Assembly: GCA_000994815.1 (NCBI GenBank)
Contig: LCJU01000005.1
Coordinates: forward strand, 1-32,496
Direction of reading: 5' to 3'
DNA: 32,496 bases
Source of the DNA: a candidate division WWE3 bacterium GW2011_GWC2_44_9
Lineage (GTDB): Bacteria > Patescibacteriota > WWE3 > UBA101185 > UBA10185
Under the pieces are notes generated by a model. The model was given only the letters and a program-made list of their open reading frames with translations, searched no databases and was not told the DNA's origin. A program made the translations under genes and the position numbers. This document shows, piece after piece, positions 9,584 to 18,331 of this stretch. How positions within the stretch are numbered: position 1 is the first letter of the stretch; each line of letters opens with the position of its first letter.

Positions 9584-9595
9584 GGAGGATCTATA
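9584..9595 (+). promoter_or_regulatory. Shine-Dalgarno GGAGG plus non-canonical ATA start of infC
   Basis: GGAGG at 9584-9588 is followed by an in-frame ATA at 9593. infC is known to use AUU-type non-canonical starts. Confidence 0.6.
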
Positions 9596-10099
9596 GACAA
9601 GACTTATCAGATAAACCATAGAATAAAATACCCTAAACTTAGGGTAATCCTTGGTACTGGTGAGAATTTGGGTGTCTTGACCACACAGGAAGCCCTCAAG
9701 GTTGCTGAAGAACATGATTTGGATGTTGTTGTTATAACGGAAAACACGGATCCGCCGGTAGCACGAATAGTGGACTTTAATAAGTTTTTGTACGCCGAAA
9801 AGAAAAAGGCTTCCGAGACCAGGGGCAAGTCTAAACAGACCGAGATCAAAGAGCTCAGGCTTAGCCCTACCATAAGCGGCGGGGATATAACTCAACGAGC
9901 TAACAGAGCCAAGGAGTTCTTGTCTAGCGGCAACATGGTTAAAGTCACGTTGACAATGAAAGGCAGACAGGCGTTGCATCCTGAAGTAGCTCAAGACAAG
10001 ATGAAGCAGTTTTCAGCCCAAATTCAGGCTTTTGCTAAGGCCGAAGCAGACATTAGGCGCGTCGGCAATACGCTGTCAATAATTTTTGTTAAGAAGTGA
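9593..10099 (+). CDS. infC: Translation initiation factor IF-3
   Basis: IN..I....LRVI...GENLG, PPVARIVDFNKFLY, IKELRLSP.I and KGRQ motifs; located between thrS and rpmI. Start placed at ATA 9593 rather than TTG 9548. Confidence 0.95.
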   Translation: MDKTYQINHRIKYPKLRVILGTGENLGVLTTQEALKVAEEHDLDVVVITENTDPPVARIVDFNKFLYAEKKKASETRGKSKQTEIKELRLSPTISGGDITQRANRAKEFLSSGNMVKVTLTMKGRQALHPEVAQDKMKQFSAQIQAFAKAEADIRRVGNTLSIIFVKK

Positions 10100-10108
10100 A
10101 AAACAAAG

Positions 10109-10321
10109 ATGCCAAAGCTAAAAACAAGAAGAACATTGTTAAAAAGGGTTAAACTGACCAAAACTGGTAAGGTTATTAAAAGAAAGGTTGGGTTAAAGCA
10201 CCTAAAAATAAAGGCTGGCGCCAACCAAAAATTGCGAGCCAATAGTCTAACCCAGCTTGGTAGCAAAAAGATGATCAAAAACTTTAAGCTTATGCTTGGA
10301 AAACACGGTAAAAACCTATGA
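10109..10321 (+). CDS. rpmI: 50S ribosomal protein L35
   Basis: MPKLKT....KRVKLTKTGK; infC-rpmI-rplT synteny. Confidence 0.95.
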   Translation: MPKLKTRRTLLKRVKLTKTGKVIKRKVGLKHLKIKAGANQKLRANSLTQLGSKKMIKNFKLMLGKHGKNL

Positions 10322-10668
10322 GAATCAAAGGCGGGCCAAGAGGCCACAGAAAAAAAGTTAAGCTTTTAGGGTTGGCTAAAGGTTATCGAGGTGCCAGAAG
10401 CAAACTTATTAAAAAGGCCAACGAGGCAGTTGTTAGATCCGGCGAGCACGCTTTTGCCGGCAGAAAAATACGGCGGCGAGATTTTAGACGACTGTGGATT
10501 TCCAGAATAAATGCGGCACTAAGACAGGAGGACATCATGTACAGTCGGTTCATTGCTGCTTTGAAAAAGGGCCAAGTGACTTTGGATAGAAAAACCCTGG
10601 CCGAATTGGCGTATTCGGATCTAGAGGCATTTCAAGCAGTAGTTAAGTCTGTAAAGTCTTACCTTTAA
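10318..10668 (+). CDS. rplT: 50S ribosomal protein L20
   Basis: AKGYRGARS, RDFRRLWISRINAA, YSRFI and LDRKTLAELA motifs. Confidence 0.98.
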   Translation: MRIKGGPRGHRKKVKLLGLAKGYRGARSKLIKKANEAVVRSGEHAFAGRKIRRRDFRRLWISRINAALRQEDIMYSRFIAALKKGQVTLDRKTLAELAYSDLEAFQAVVKSVKSYL

Positions 10669-10718
10669 CAGTCTAAAGTGTTCCATCTAAGCCTTGGGTG
10701 GGGTATAATCCTAAAATA

Positions 10719-11717
10719 ATGCAGTTAGATGATTTGCGAGCACAGTTTTTAGTCGACATTGAAATCACAAACAAGTCAGGCGAGTATGACGCGCTCTACC
10801 TAAAATACCTTTCCAAGACACACGGCTTGATTACTGAACATATCAAAGCACTGCCAAGACTTAAGCCGGAGGAAAAAAAAGCTCAGGGGCCAAAGCTTAA
10901 TGAACTAAAAAAGTTCATCGAGACAGCAATACTCAAGGCCAGACTGGCACACACAAAGGCGCAAATAGAGGATACCGGTATTGACCTTACGGCGCTGCGC
11001 CAAGCAGAAAACGTAGGCTATCTGCATCCCACAACACAAGTTATCAGAGAAATGAACGCCTTCTTTAGGTATTACGGTTTTTCGGTAGGGGAGGGACCGG
11101 AGATTGAAACCGCGGATTTCAACTTTAGAAAACTCAATTTGCCTGAAGGTCACCCGGCAACAGACTTGCAGGACACACTTTTTATCCGGGAACCGGACAT
11201 TTTGCTGCGTACTCACACATCATCAGTAGAGGCGCGACTGCTTTCCAGTCTGAAGCCGCCGATACGAATTGTAGTGCCAGGCAAATGCTACAGAAACGAA
11301 ACAGCCAACCCCTCTAATTCACCATTTTTACATCAGTATCAAGGCTTTGTGGTAGACAGGGGCGTTACCCTGCAAAATCTTAAATGGGTGTTTGATAGAT
11401 TTTTGCGCTATTTATACGCTGACGACACCATTGAAATTAGGTTTCGGTACAAGTATTACCCCGAAGTGTCACCCGGCATGGGTGTGGATATCAAATGCCG
11501 ATTTTGTGGCGGTAAGGGATGCGCCGTGTGCAAGCAAAGGGGCTGGCTGGAAGTGCTTGGTTCCGGCATGATTCACTACAATACGTTAAAAATGTGCGGC
11601 ATAAATCCGGATGATTATACTGGCTTTGCTTTTGGAATGGGTCTAGATAGACTGGTGATGGCAAAATTTGGCATTCCAGACATTAGAAGGCTTTATGGAG
11701 GGCTAACGTATATATGA
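10719..11717 (+). CDS. pheS: Phenylalanine--tRNA ligase alpha subunit
   Basis: G.LHP, NF..LN.P.GHPA.D.QDT, LLRTHTS, PGKCYRNE, CxxC-GGKG-CxxC and GFAFGMGLDRL motifs. ATG 10719 lies 9 nt after TATAAT (10704-10709). Confidence 0.97.
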   Translation: MQLDDLRAQFLVDIEITNKSGEYDALYLKYLSKTHGLITEHIKALPRLKPEEKKAQGPKLNELKKFIETAILKARLAHTKAQIEDTGIDLTALRQAENVGYLHPTTQVIREMNAFFRYYGFSVGEGPEIETADFNFRKLNLPEGHPATDLQDTLFIREPDILLRTHTSSVEARLLSSLKPPIRIVVPGKCYRNETANPSNSPFLHQYQGFVVDRGVTLQNLKWVFDRFLRYLYADDTIEIRFRYKYYPEVSPGMGVDIKCRFCGGKGCAVCKQRGWLEVLGSGMIHYNTLKMCGINPDDYTGFAFGMGLDRLVMAKFGIPDIRRLYGGLTYI

Positions 11718-13615
11718 AAATACCGCTAGAGTGGCTTAAAGATTACGTCGCCATTAAGAAAAGTCCAAAAGAAATAGGAACTGCGTTTACAGCTTTTGGG
11801 CTTATGGTTGATAAGCCATTTGACGGTAAAACTTTTGACCTCGAGCACCGCTTTGACCGCTCTGACTGGTTGTCGATTCTAGGCTGCGCAAGGGATTTGG
11901 CCGCGTACGAAAGACTTGAATTAAAATTACCAAAAATCTATACCGCCAAAGGCAAGGCGCCTACAGATGAATACAAAGTCGCAATAAAAGTGGAGTGTCC
12001 AGAAATTATCAGGCGGTTTAACACCAGGGTGTTTAGAAATGTTAAAGTTGGCAAGTCTCCTGAATGGCTAAAAACTAGACTTGAAGACTACGGCATTCCG
12101 TCGATTAACAACATTGTAGATATCACTAACTACGTAATGGTTGAACTCGGCCAACCGATGCACGCCCAAGATACCGATAAATTCAGAAAGATGGAAATTT
12201 GTATTCGTAGAGCTGGAGATGAGGAAAAGATTGTTACATTTTTAGGTGATGAGGTTAAACTGTACCCAGAGGCATTTGTGCTTGCACAAGATGGAGTAAC
12301 AACAGTTCTTGGGGGTATTGTAGGCGGTAGAGAAACCGGTGTGGATGAACAAACCAAAAATATAGTGTTGGACGCAGGCAACTACGATCAGGTGGTGATC
12401 AGGAAGGTTTCGCGCAAATTGAAAATCCTAAATGAGTCATCGCTTAGATACGACAAGTATCTGCATCCCGATCTAACCGAATACGCTATCCAACGGGCTG
12501 CTTATTTAATTTTGGAACTGGCCGGCGGAGACTATTACGAAAATGAGGATTGGTATCCAATACCGCAAAAGCTTACTAGTATAAGGCTTTCCACATCGCG
12601 TATTAAGGATTTGGGTGGGTTGGAGCTGGCCGAAAATGAAGTACTGGACATATTGGAACGACTTGGCTACAGGCTGGTGTCAAATGTCAATAAAGTGCTA
12701 ACTCTTGAAGTACCTTACTTTAGAACAGATGTGGAAGTTGCCGATGACATCGTATCGGACATCTTGCGCATCCATGGCTATGCAAAAATCCCAATAACCC
12801 AACTACTCGGAGCACCGCCAAAGGAAGAAACCCCGGCTATTTATACTTTTGAGGACAAGCTTAGGGACATTTTGGTAAAACTAAGAGGCCACGAGCACAT
12901 CACCGATCCGCTAGTTTCTTCTACCGAGAGTCCCGAGGGAGGTCAAATTATCTTAGAAAATTCGCTAAATAGCGAGAAAAATGCCCTTAGAACCTCCATT
13001 GCCCAAGGACTGGAACACGTGGCGAGTAATTACTATAAAAATCAGATGAACTCCGGTGTACTTTTTGAAATCGGACTTGTATATCATAAAGAATCAGAAG
13101 GCGGCGACTATGAATCCTACAAAGAAACCCGATGTTTAGAGTGCCTCACCTTTGACAAGGCTAAAACGCCAAAGAACTTAGGTGTGATAACCTCAACCCT
13201 TTTTTCAGGACTCCTTAAAGAGCTGGGCCTAACTAAGCCAGCTTTTAAAAACGCCAACGAGGTTTACGTTGAAAACACGCTTATTGCAACGCTTAGGTAC
13301 AACGGTTTTACAGGTTTTACTGCAAATTTGCTGCAAGTAACTGGAGGCAAAAGAGATGCTAGGGTACTTTTTGACCTACAAAGCGGCATTTCTCTGGATA
13401 CATCCCTCACTGTAAGTCAAACCGAAATGGCTGGCGCGATATGCTCGGAGATTGCTGCTTCAAGCGATAAGATTAGTGAAAGTTTTGTGGTTGAAGAATA
13501 CACGGGGGAGAAGGTGGAGAAAGGTAAAAGAACGATTCTTATTAGGACCTATTTTACTAAAGGTGTGACGCAGAAAGAGGCAACCAAAATCCTAAATAAA
13601 TGGGGACGGTCCTGA
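11714..13615 (+). CDS. pheT: Phenylalanine--tRNA ligase beta subunit (short form lacking B2 OB domain)
   Basis: MKIPLEWLKDYV, RSDWLSILG.ARD, INNIVDITNYVMVELGQPMHA and VPYFRTDV motifs. The last codons (GRS*) lie inside an inverted repeat. Confidence 0.95.
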   Translation: MKIPLEWLKDYVAIKKSPKEIGTAFTAFGLMVDKPFDGKTFDLEHRFDRSDWLSILGCARDLAAYERLELKLPKIYTAKGKAPTDEYKVAIKVECPEIIRRFNTRVFRNVKVGKSPEWLKTRLEDYGIPSINNIVDITNYVMVELGQPMHAQDTDKFRKMEICIRRAGDEEKIVTFLGDEVKLYPEAFVLAQDGVTTVLGGIVGGRETGVDEQTKNIVLDAGNYDQVVIRKVSRKLKILNESSLRYDKYLHPDLTEYAIQRAAYLILELAGGDYYENEDWYPIPQKLTSIRLSTSRIKDLGGLELAENEVLDILERLGYRLVSNVNKVLTLEVPYFRTDVEVADDIVSDILRIHGYAKIPITQLLGAPPKEETPAIYTFEDKLRDILVKLRGHEHITDPLVSSTESPEGGQIILENSLNSEKNALRTSIAQGLEHVASNYYKNQMNSGVLFEIGLVYHKESEGGDYESYKETRCLECLTFDKAKTPKNLGVITSTLFSGLLKELGLTKPAFKNANEVYVENTLIATLRYNGFTGFTANLLQVTGGKRDARVLFDLQSGISLDTSLTVSQTEMAGAICSEIAASSDKISESFVVEEYTGEKVEKGKRTILIRTYFTKGVTQKEATKILNKWGRS

Positions 13616-13622
13616 AAGATGT
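13603..13622 (+). repeat. Left inverted repeat GGGACGGTCCTGAAAGATGT
   Basis: 17/20 identical to the reverse complement of 14356-14375, with the first 13 bp perfect. Palindromic core GGAC-G-GTCC. Contains the pheT stop. Confidence 0.9.
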
Positions 13623-13624
13623 TG

Positions 13625-14266
13625 TCATCTCAACCCTAACATACACAACCTCCTGTTGATGTTAGCGACGAACTGTCTAGAGCCCATGTAGTTATTGCAG
13701 ATAACCTCCTTGAATGGATCATCAGGCGTTCTAATTCCGCTGACGACAAATCTATTATATTCCGCAGGAGAAGTGAAATACCCAGCAATGCTTTGTAAAT
13801 CAATGAGTCCATCACCCAACGACCGATCGATATAACACTTAAACGAACTCCATTTATAGTCATCAGGAAAGGAAACTATACCAGCGCTAACAGGGTTTAG
13901 GTGAATATATCTGCTCAACCTCAATAAATAACTGTCTTTGTCAACAAATATACTCTGATACCTATTTCTAAATATGGGGCCGTTGATACTGTACTTTGCG
14001 TTGTAATAGCCAGCGTAATAAGTGTTAAGTCTGTGCATAATTTTCGACAACTTGCATCCATCACCTGTTTCTAAACACAGATGGACATGGGTGCTCATTA
14101 AACAATAACATAAGACTTTAAAATCGCTTTCCTGCTTAACGCGCTGCAGTCTCGCTAAATAAATTCTGAAGTCCGAATTATCTCTAAACAGGTCAACTAA
14201 ACTCACTGATCTACTAATAATGTGGTAACAAGTATGCGGAATATCCACCCTCGGCATTCTAGGCAT
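13625..14266 (-). CDS. REP-associated tyrosine transposase-like protein (Y1_Tnp, HUH endonuclease)
   Basis: MPR.PR...P...YHIISR, YCLMSTHVHL (HUH), YYN.KY...G.IF..RY.S, RYIHLNPV (catalytic Tyr) and YKWSS motifs. Confidence 0.92.
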   Translation of the reverse strand: MPRMPRVDIPHTCYHIISRSVSLVDLFRDNSDFRIYLARLQRVKQESDFKVLCYCLMSTHVHLCLETGDGCKLSKIMHRLNTYYAGYYNAKYSINGPIFRNRYQSIFVDKDSYLLRLSRYIHLNPVSAGIVSFPDDYKWSSFKCYIDRSLGDGLIDLQSIAGYFTSPAEYNRFVVSGIRTPDDPFKEVICNNYMGSRQFVANINRRLCMLGLR

Positions 14267-14355
14267 TACATAATATCTATTAGCATAACTAACATGAATA
14301 AGTCAATGGGACTTGATGCAAAAAGTTAGTTGTATGACTTAAAGCCGGCATAGAG

Positions 14356-14375
14356 ACACGTCTCAGGACCGTCCC
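14356..14375 (-). repeat. Right inverted repeat GGGACGGTCCTGAGACGTGT (minus strand)
   Basis: Partner of 13603-13622. Contains the PBP stop codon. Confidence 0.9.
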
Positions 14376-17071
14376 TCTACTCTACGGCCGTTTTTATCTT
14401 TGGCCTTTACCTTAAACTCCTTTTCGCCTGCATCCTCCGGGCTAAAAACAAAATTGTAACCGTACGGGAAAGATTTATCTGTTGTTACTCGCTTATCACC
14501 TAAATAAATTTCCACTTGCTCAATATCGTCTTCAGACCAAGCATCCACTTTAAGTCTAAATTCCAAGGGAACCTTTTGCCCATCATCAAAGCCCACAATA
14601 TCCGTCCAAATCTTGCCGCCGCTAACGTTACCCTCGCTATCAAACGCCAATTTTGACGTGCCGGAAGGCGGAAAATAGGTATCGTCTCCGCCATACTTTT
14701 CGGACACCCACTTGTCTACTTCATCCTGCCACTCTGGCAGCTCTGCCTGTATCTTGATGTAGTTTTTCTCTTTAGTTTTGTCAGCACTCTTGCAGGCTTC
14801 ATTGGCAATCTTACCATCTACCTTACACACTTCCAGCTTTTGATACCAGTCGGAAACAGCAGTTGGTTCGGTACCGTTAACAAACCACTCCACCCGCTTG
14901 TCGTAATCGCGGTAGGGGAGCATACCTGTGAGTTTGTCCACCTCCAGCTTTTTTACGCCGTCGGGTGCGTCAAACTTTTCCACGGGTCTTTTGGCATCCT
15001 TGGCATAGTAATCCTTAATATACTGGGTCATAAACCTGTTCCATATGGGCGTGGCGCCGGTGATACCGGAAGCCAAAATAGGGTTCATCTTATCGTTATT
15101 GTTATTACCAACCCACACGGCCGAAACCACAAACGGGGTAAAACCAATAGCGTAGTTATCTCTTTTGTCGTCAGTAGTACCGGTTTTTGCCGCCACTTCA
15201 TGGCCGGGAATATGCAGGAGACTGTTAAAGCCAAAGGCTTCACTTCTGGCCCCATCGTCGGATAAGATATCGGAAATTAAAAAGGCTACTTGTTGACTTA
15301 GCGCCCGCGTGCCGCCCGAATCGCTCCACTTGTACATGGTAGAACCTTTAGCATCTTTGACTTCAAGTAATGCTTCCGGCTCGCGATATATACCGTTGGC
15401 CGCAAAAACACTGAAAGCTCCGGCCATCTCCAGCAGCTTGGTTTCGCCGCCGCCTAAAGTTAAAGCTAAGCCGTAACCTTCCGGCCGGTCAAACGTGCTG
15501 ATACCCATTTTCTTGGCTTGGTCAATCATAGTGCCGATACCAGCCATTTTTAGAGCTTTAACCGCCGGAATATTTAGTGAATTACCAAGCGATTTACGTA
15601 GCGACATCACGCCACTGAACCCGCCGCTGTAGTTTTCTGGTTTATACACTTTTTGGCCCGCCATATTCTCAAAAGTTGTTGGTACGTCCAAAAACGGAAA
15701 GGCCGAGATGTAGCCGCGGGAAAGTAGAGCAGCGTACGTTATAGGCTTAATGGTAGAACCGGGCTGCCTTTCTGCCAAAGTAACGTTTAAGTTAGGATCA
15801 AACACACATGAGCCCGGCCCGGTGGCGCCGGAAACACAGCCTTCAGGCTCCGGTTCGGCAAAATAGTCCTTAGAGCCAACCATCGCCAATATTTGCCCAG
15901 TCTTTGGATCCAGCACCACCATAGCACCGTTTCCAACAGCCAAACCTTGTTTGGCTGCCTTTGCCACCTCTTCTCCAACCATATTTTCCGCCAGCTGTTG
16001 AGTGGCCAAATCCAAAGTGGTGGTTACAACTAAACCGCCGCCCTCAACAAAGTCCTCACCGTACTTCTCCGCCAAAAGCTCCTTAACATAAAAAACAAAA
16101 TGCGGCGCTAGAAACGAGACGTTGGCGCGTTCAAACTTAAGCTCTGCTTTTTTTGCAGCCTCGTAGTCCTCGTCCGACAAGTAATGCCGCTTGCCATCCT
16201 GCTCGAACCAGCCGCGAACGTTCATTAAGTACAATACATAATCTTTTCTTTCTAAGCCCTTAGCCGGATCCGAGCTATAGTACGAATATACCGACGGGCT
16301 TTGCGGCAATCCAGCCAAATAGGCGGACTCGGCAATAGTTAAGTCCTTGGGGTCCTTATTAAAATAGGCTTTTGCCGCTGTTAACACACCATAGTTCTGG
16401 CCGCCATACGGCGTTTCGTTTAAGTACATTTGGGCGATTTCGTCTTTGGTATACTTGCTTTCAAGCTGAAGCGCCAGCACAAACTCTTTAAGCTTACGGG
16501 TTACGGTTCGTTCTTGGCTAAGCAACGTATTTTTGATCACTTGTTGGGTTAAGGTGGATCCGCCCTGCAAATCGCCGCCAAAAAAGGTATTTTTCATCGC
16601 TCGGAGCATACCCCTTAACGAAAATCCGCTGTGCATGTAAAAATCGGAGTCTTCTGTAGCTAGGGTTGCGTGGACTAAATAGGGAGAAATAGTTTTAATC
16701 TCCACTAACTCACGATTTTTTTCGCCAAAGACCTCGTAAATAGATTGGCCGTTTCGATCCAAAATTTTAGTCGACAATTCCTCACTGCGATTAAGCAATT
16801 TATCCGGTGACGGCAACTGATATGAATACACCGCGAAAACCACCATGGAAAGTACAAAAAAACCCACAATACAGGCCAATAAAGCCGACGCCAAATATGT
16901 TAAAACTACCAACTTCCTACTGGCGTATTTCTTTTTGGAGATATTCACCACCCGAGCATACTCAACACGCGGAGTTCTCGCTAGGACGCCGTTTGCCAAG
17001 GGCAGATTAGTAGCTACGGACTTTGCTGACATCGCAAGTCGTCTGCGCAGTCGTTTTAAGCTATAAGCCAT
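14363..17071 (-). CDS. Class A penicillin-binding protein (transglycosylase/transpeptidase) with C-terminal Ig-like domain
   Basis: N-terminal TM helix. Transglycosylase motifs TED..FY.H.G, GGSTLTQQ, RKLKE and YLNE. Transpeptidase motifs PGSTIKP, SLN and KTGT. Big-like tail (VEIYLGD....PY...F). Confidence 0.96.
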   Translation of the reverse strand: MAYSLKRLRRRLAMSAKSVATNLPLANGVLARTPRVEYARVVNISKKKYASRKLVVLTYLASALLACIVGFFVLSMVVFAVYSYQLPSPDKLLNRSEELSTKILDRNGQSIYEVFGEKNRELVEIKTISPYLVHATLATEDSDFYMHSGFSLRGMLRAMKNTFFGGDLQGGSTLTQQVIKNTLLSQERTVTRKLKEFVLALQLESKYTKDEIAQMYLNETPYGGQNYGVLTAAKAYFNKDPKDLTIAESAYLAGLPQSPSVYSYYSSDPAKGLERKDYVLYLMNVRGWFEQDGKRHYLSDEDYEAAKKAELKFERANVSFLAPHFVFYVKELLAEKYGEDFVEGGGLVVTTTLDLATQQLAENMVGEEVAKAAKQGLAVGNGAMVVLDPKTGQILAMVGSKDYFAEPEPEGCVSGATGPGSCVFDPNLNVTLAERQPGSTIKPITYAALLSRGYISAFPFLDVPTTFENMAGQKVYKPENYSGGFSGVMSLRKSLGNSLNIPAVKALKMAGIGTMIDQAKKMGISTFDRPEGYGLALTLGGGETKLLEMAGAFSVFAANGIYREPEALLEVKDAKGSTMYKWSDSGGTRALSQQVAFLISDILSDDGARSEAFGFNSLLHIPGHEVAAKTGTTDDKRDNYAIGFTPFVVSAVWVGNNNNDKMNPILASGITGATPIWNRFMTQYIKDYYAKDAKRPVEKFDAPDGVKKLEVDKLTGMLPYRDYDKRVEWFVNGTEPTAVSDWYQKLEVCKVDGKIANEACKSADKTKEKNYIKIQAELPEWQDEVDKWVSEKYGGDDTYFPPSGTSKLAFDSEGNVSGGKIWTDIVGFDDGQKVPLEFRLKVDAWSEDDIEQVEIYLGDKRVTTDKSFPYGYNFVFSPEDAGEKEFKVKAKDKNGRRVEGRS

Positions 17072-17077
17072 GTTTTG

Positions 17078-17086
17078 ATTTTAACA
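17078..17086 (-). promoter_or_regulatory. Extended -10 promoter of the PBP gene (leaderless geometry)
   Basis: Minus strand TG-T-TAAAAT, 6 nt before the ATG at 17071. It overlaps the divergent tyrS promoter (TTGATT 17075-17080; TG-G-TATATT 17096-17104). Confidence 0.55.
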
Positions 17087-17116
17087 CCTTTCAAATGGTA
17101 TATTCTACCAAGAACC

Positions 17117-18331
17117 ATGCCAAAAGTACTGGTGGACAAAATAAAAATTGCAAAGTTTCTCACTAGGGGTGCGGAAGCGCTGTATCCCTCAAGCAGTGAG
17201 CTTAAAGCAAAATTAGAATCGGGCCAAAGACTTAGGGTGTATCAGGGATTTGACCCTACAGGACCCTATTTGCACGTTGGGCACGCCGTGGGCATCAGAG
17301 CGCTGCGGCTTTTACAGGAACTGGGCCATGAAGTTATTTTTTTAGTTGGTGATTACACCGCTAAAGTGGGCGATCCGGACAAAGATACCACACGCAAACT
17401 ATTAACCAACGAGGAAATTGAAACCAACATGCAAGGCTGGAAAAAACAAGTGGCAAAGCTTATTGACTTTGAAGGTGACAATCCGGTCCTGTTTATGCGC
17501 AACTATGATTGGCTCTCAAAATTAAATCTAGGCGACTTAATCAAACTCATGGCGCATGCCACAGTCCAACAAATGCTTGAGCGCGACCTTTTTCAAAAAC
17601 GGCTGACCGCGCAGTCCACAATTAGGCTGCAGGAGTTTATCTACCCGCTTATGCAAGGCTACGACAGTGTGGCTATGGAAGTGGACTTGGAGATAGGCGG
17701 CACTGATCAAACTTTTAACATGCTAATGGGCAGGCACTTGGTTAAGGAATACTTAGGCAAAGAAAAATATGTACGCACTAACAAAATGATGGACGCACCA
17801 GACGGCAGAACTATGAGCAAAACAAAGGGCAACGGCATAAATCTTTCTGACACGCCAAACCAAATGTACGGTAAGGCCATGTCTTACGACGATGCACACA
17901 TTCTAGTCGGGCTGGAGCTATTAACCGACACCACAGATCAAGAGCTGGTAGAAATCAAACAGGCTATGGATTCCGGCGCCAACCCCATGCTCTATAAAAA
18001 ACTAATGGCTAAACGCATTGTCGAACTGCTATATGGTAACCAAAGCGCCTGTCAAGCAGAAAAGGACTTTGTACAAACCGTTCAGCGCAAAACCGTTGCA
18101 GAGGATCGGATTGTTAGTGTGAATGCAGTCGGAACCATGCCAATTGCCGAATTCCTAAAACACGCACTGGCCGGCACACAATCCTCTAGCAACATTAAGC
18201 GGACAATGGAGCAGGGTGGGGTAGAAGTAAACGGCGGAAAAGTCACCGACCCAACTAAATCTTTTGACTTTGACCGGGCCGTGCTGGTAAAGTTTGGCAA
18301 ACGAGCTTTTTTTAGACCCCAAAAACCATGA
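17117..18331 (+). CDS. tyrS: Tyrosine--tRNA ligase
   Basis: GFDPTGPYLHVGH, GDYTA.VGDP, YPLMQGYDS, GGTDQTFN and MSKT.GN motifs, plus a C-terminal S4 domain. Start placed at ATG 17117. Confidence 0.97.
   Translation: MPKVLVDKIKIAKFLTRGAEALYPSSSELKAKLESGQRLRVYQGFDPTGPYLHVGHAVGIRALRLLQELGHEVIFLVGDYTAKVGDPDKDTTRKLLTNEEIETNMQGWKKQVAKLIDFEGDNPVLFMRNYDWLSKLNLGDLIKLMAHATVQQMLERDLFQKRLTAQSTIRLQEFIYPLMQGYDSVAMEVDLEIGGTDQTFNMLMGRHLVKEYLGKEKYVRTNKMMDAPDGRTMSKTKGNGINLSDTPNQMYGKAMSYDDAHILVGLELLTDTTDQELVEIKQAMDSGANPMLYKKLMAKRIVELLYGNQSACQAEKDFVQTVQRKTVAEDRIVSVNAVGTMPIAEFLKHALAGTQSSSNIKRTMEQGGVEVNGGKVTDPTKSFDFDRAVLVKFGKRAFFRPQKP

Larger units (their letters stand above)
13603..14375. mobile_element. 773-bp RAYT/Y1-transposase cassette bounded by inverted repeats
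   Basis: An HUH transposase gene, visibly AT-richer than its neighbours, lies between GGGACGGTCCTGA (13603-13615) and its exact reverse complement TCAGGACCGTCCC (14363-14375). Confidence 0.8.

Noticed and set aside
9548-9592. TTG start of infC from the ORF track, or an L20 leader RNA
   Set aside because: The extension overlaps thrS and lacks IF3 similarity. The 31-nt gap after thrS is too short for an L20 leader.
17805-17835. TyrS KMSKS motif reads TMSKT
   Set aside because: The second, catalytically important Lys is retained; this is ordinary variation.
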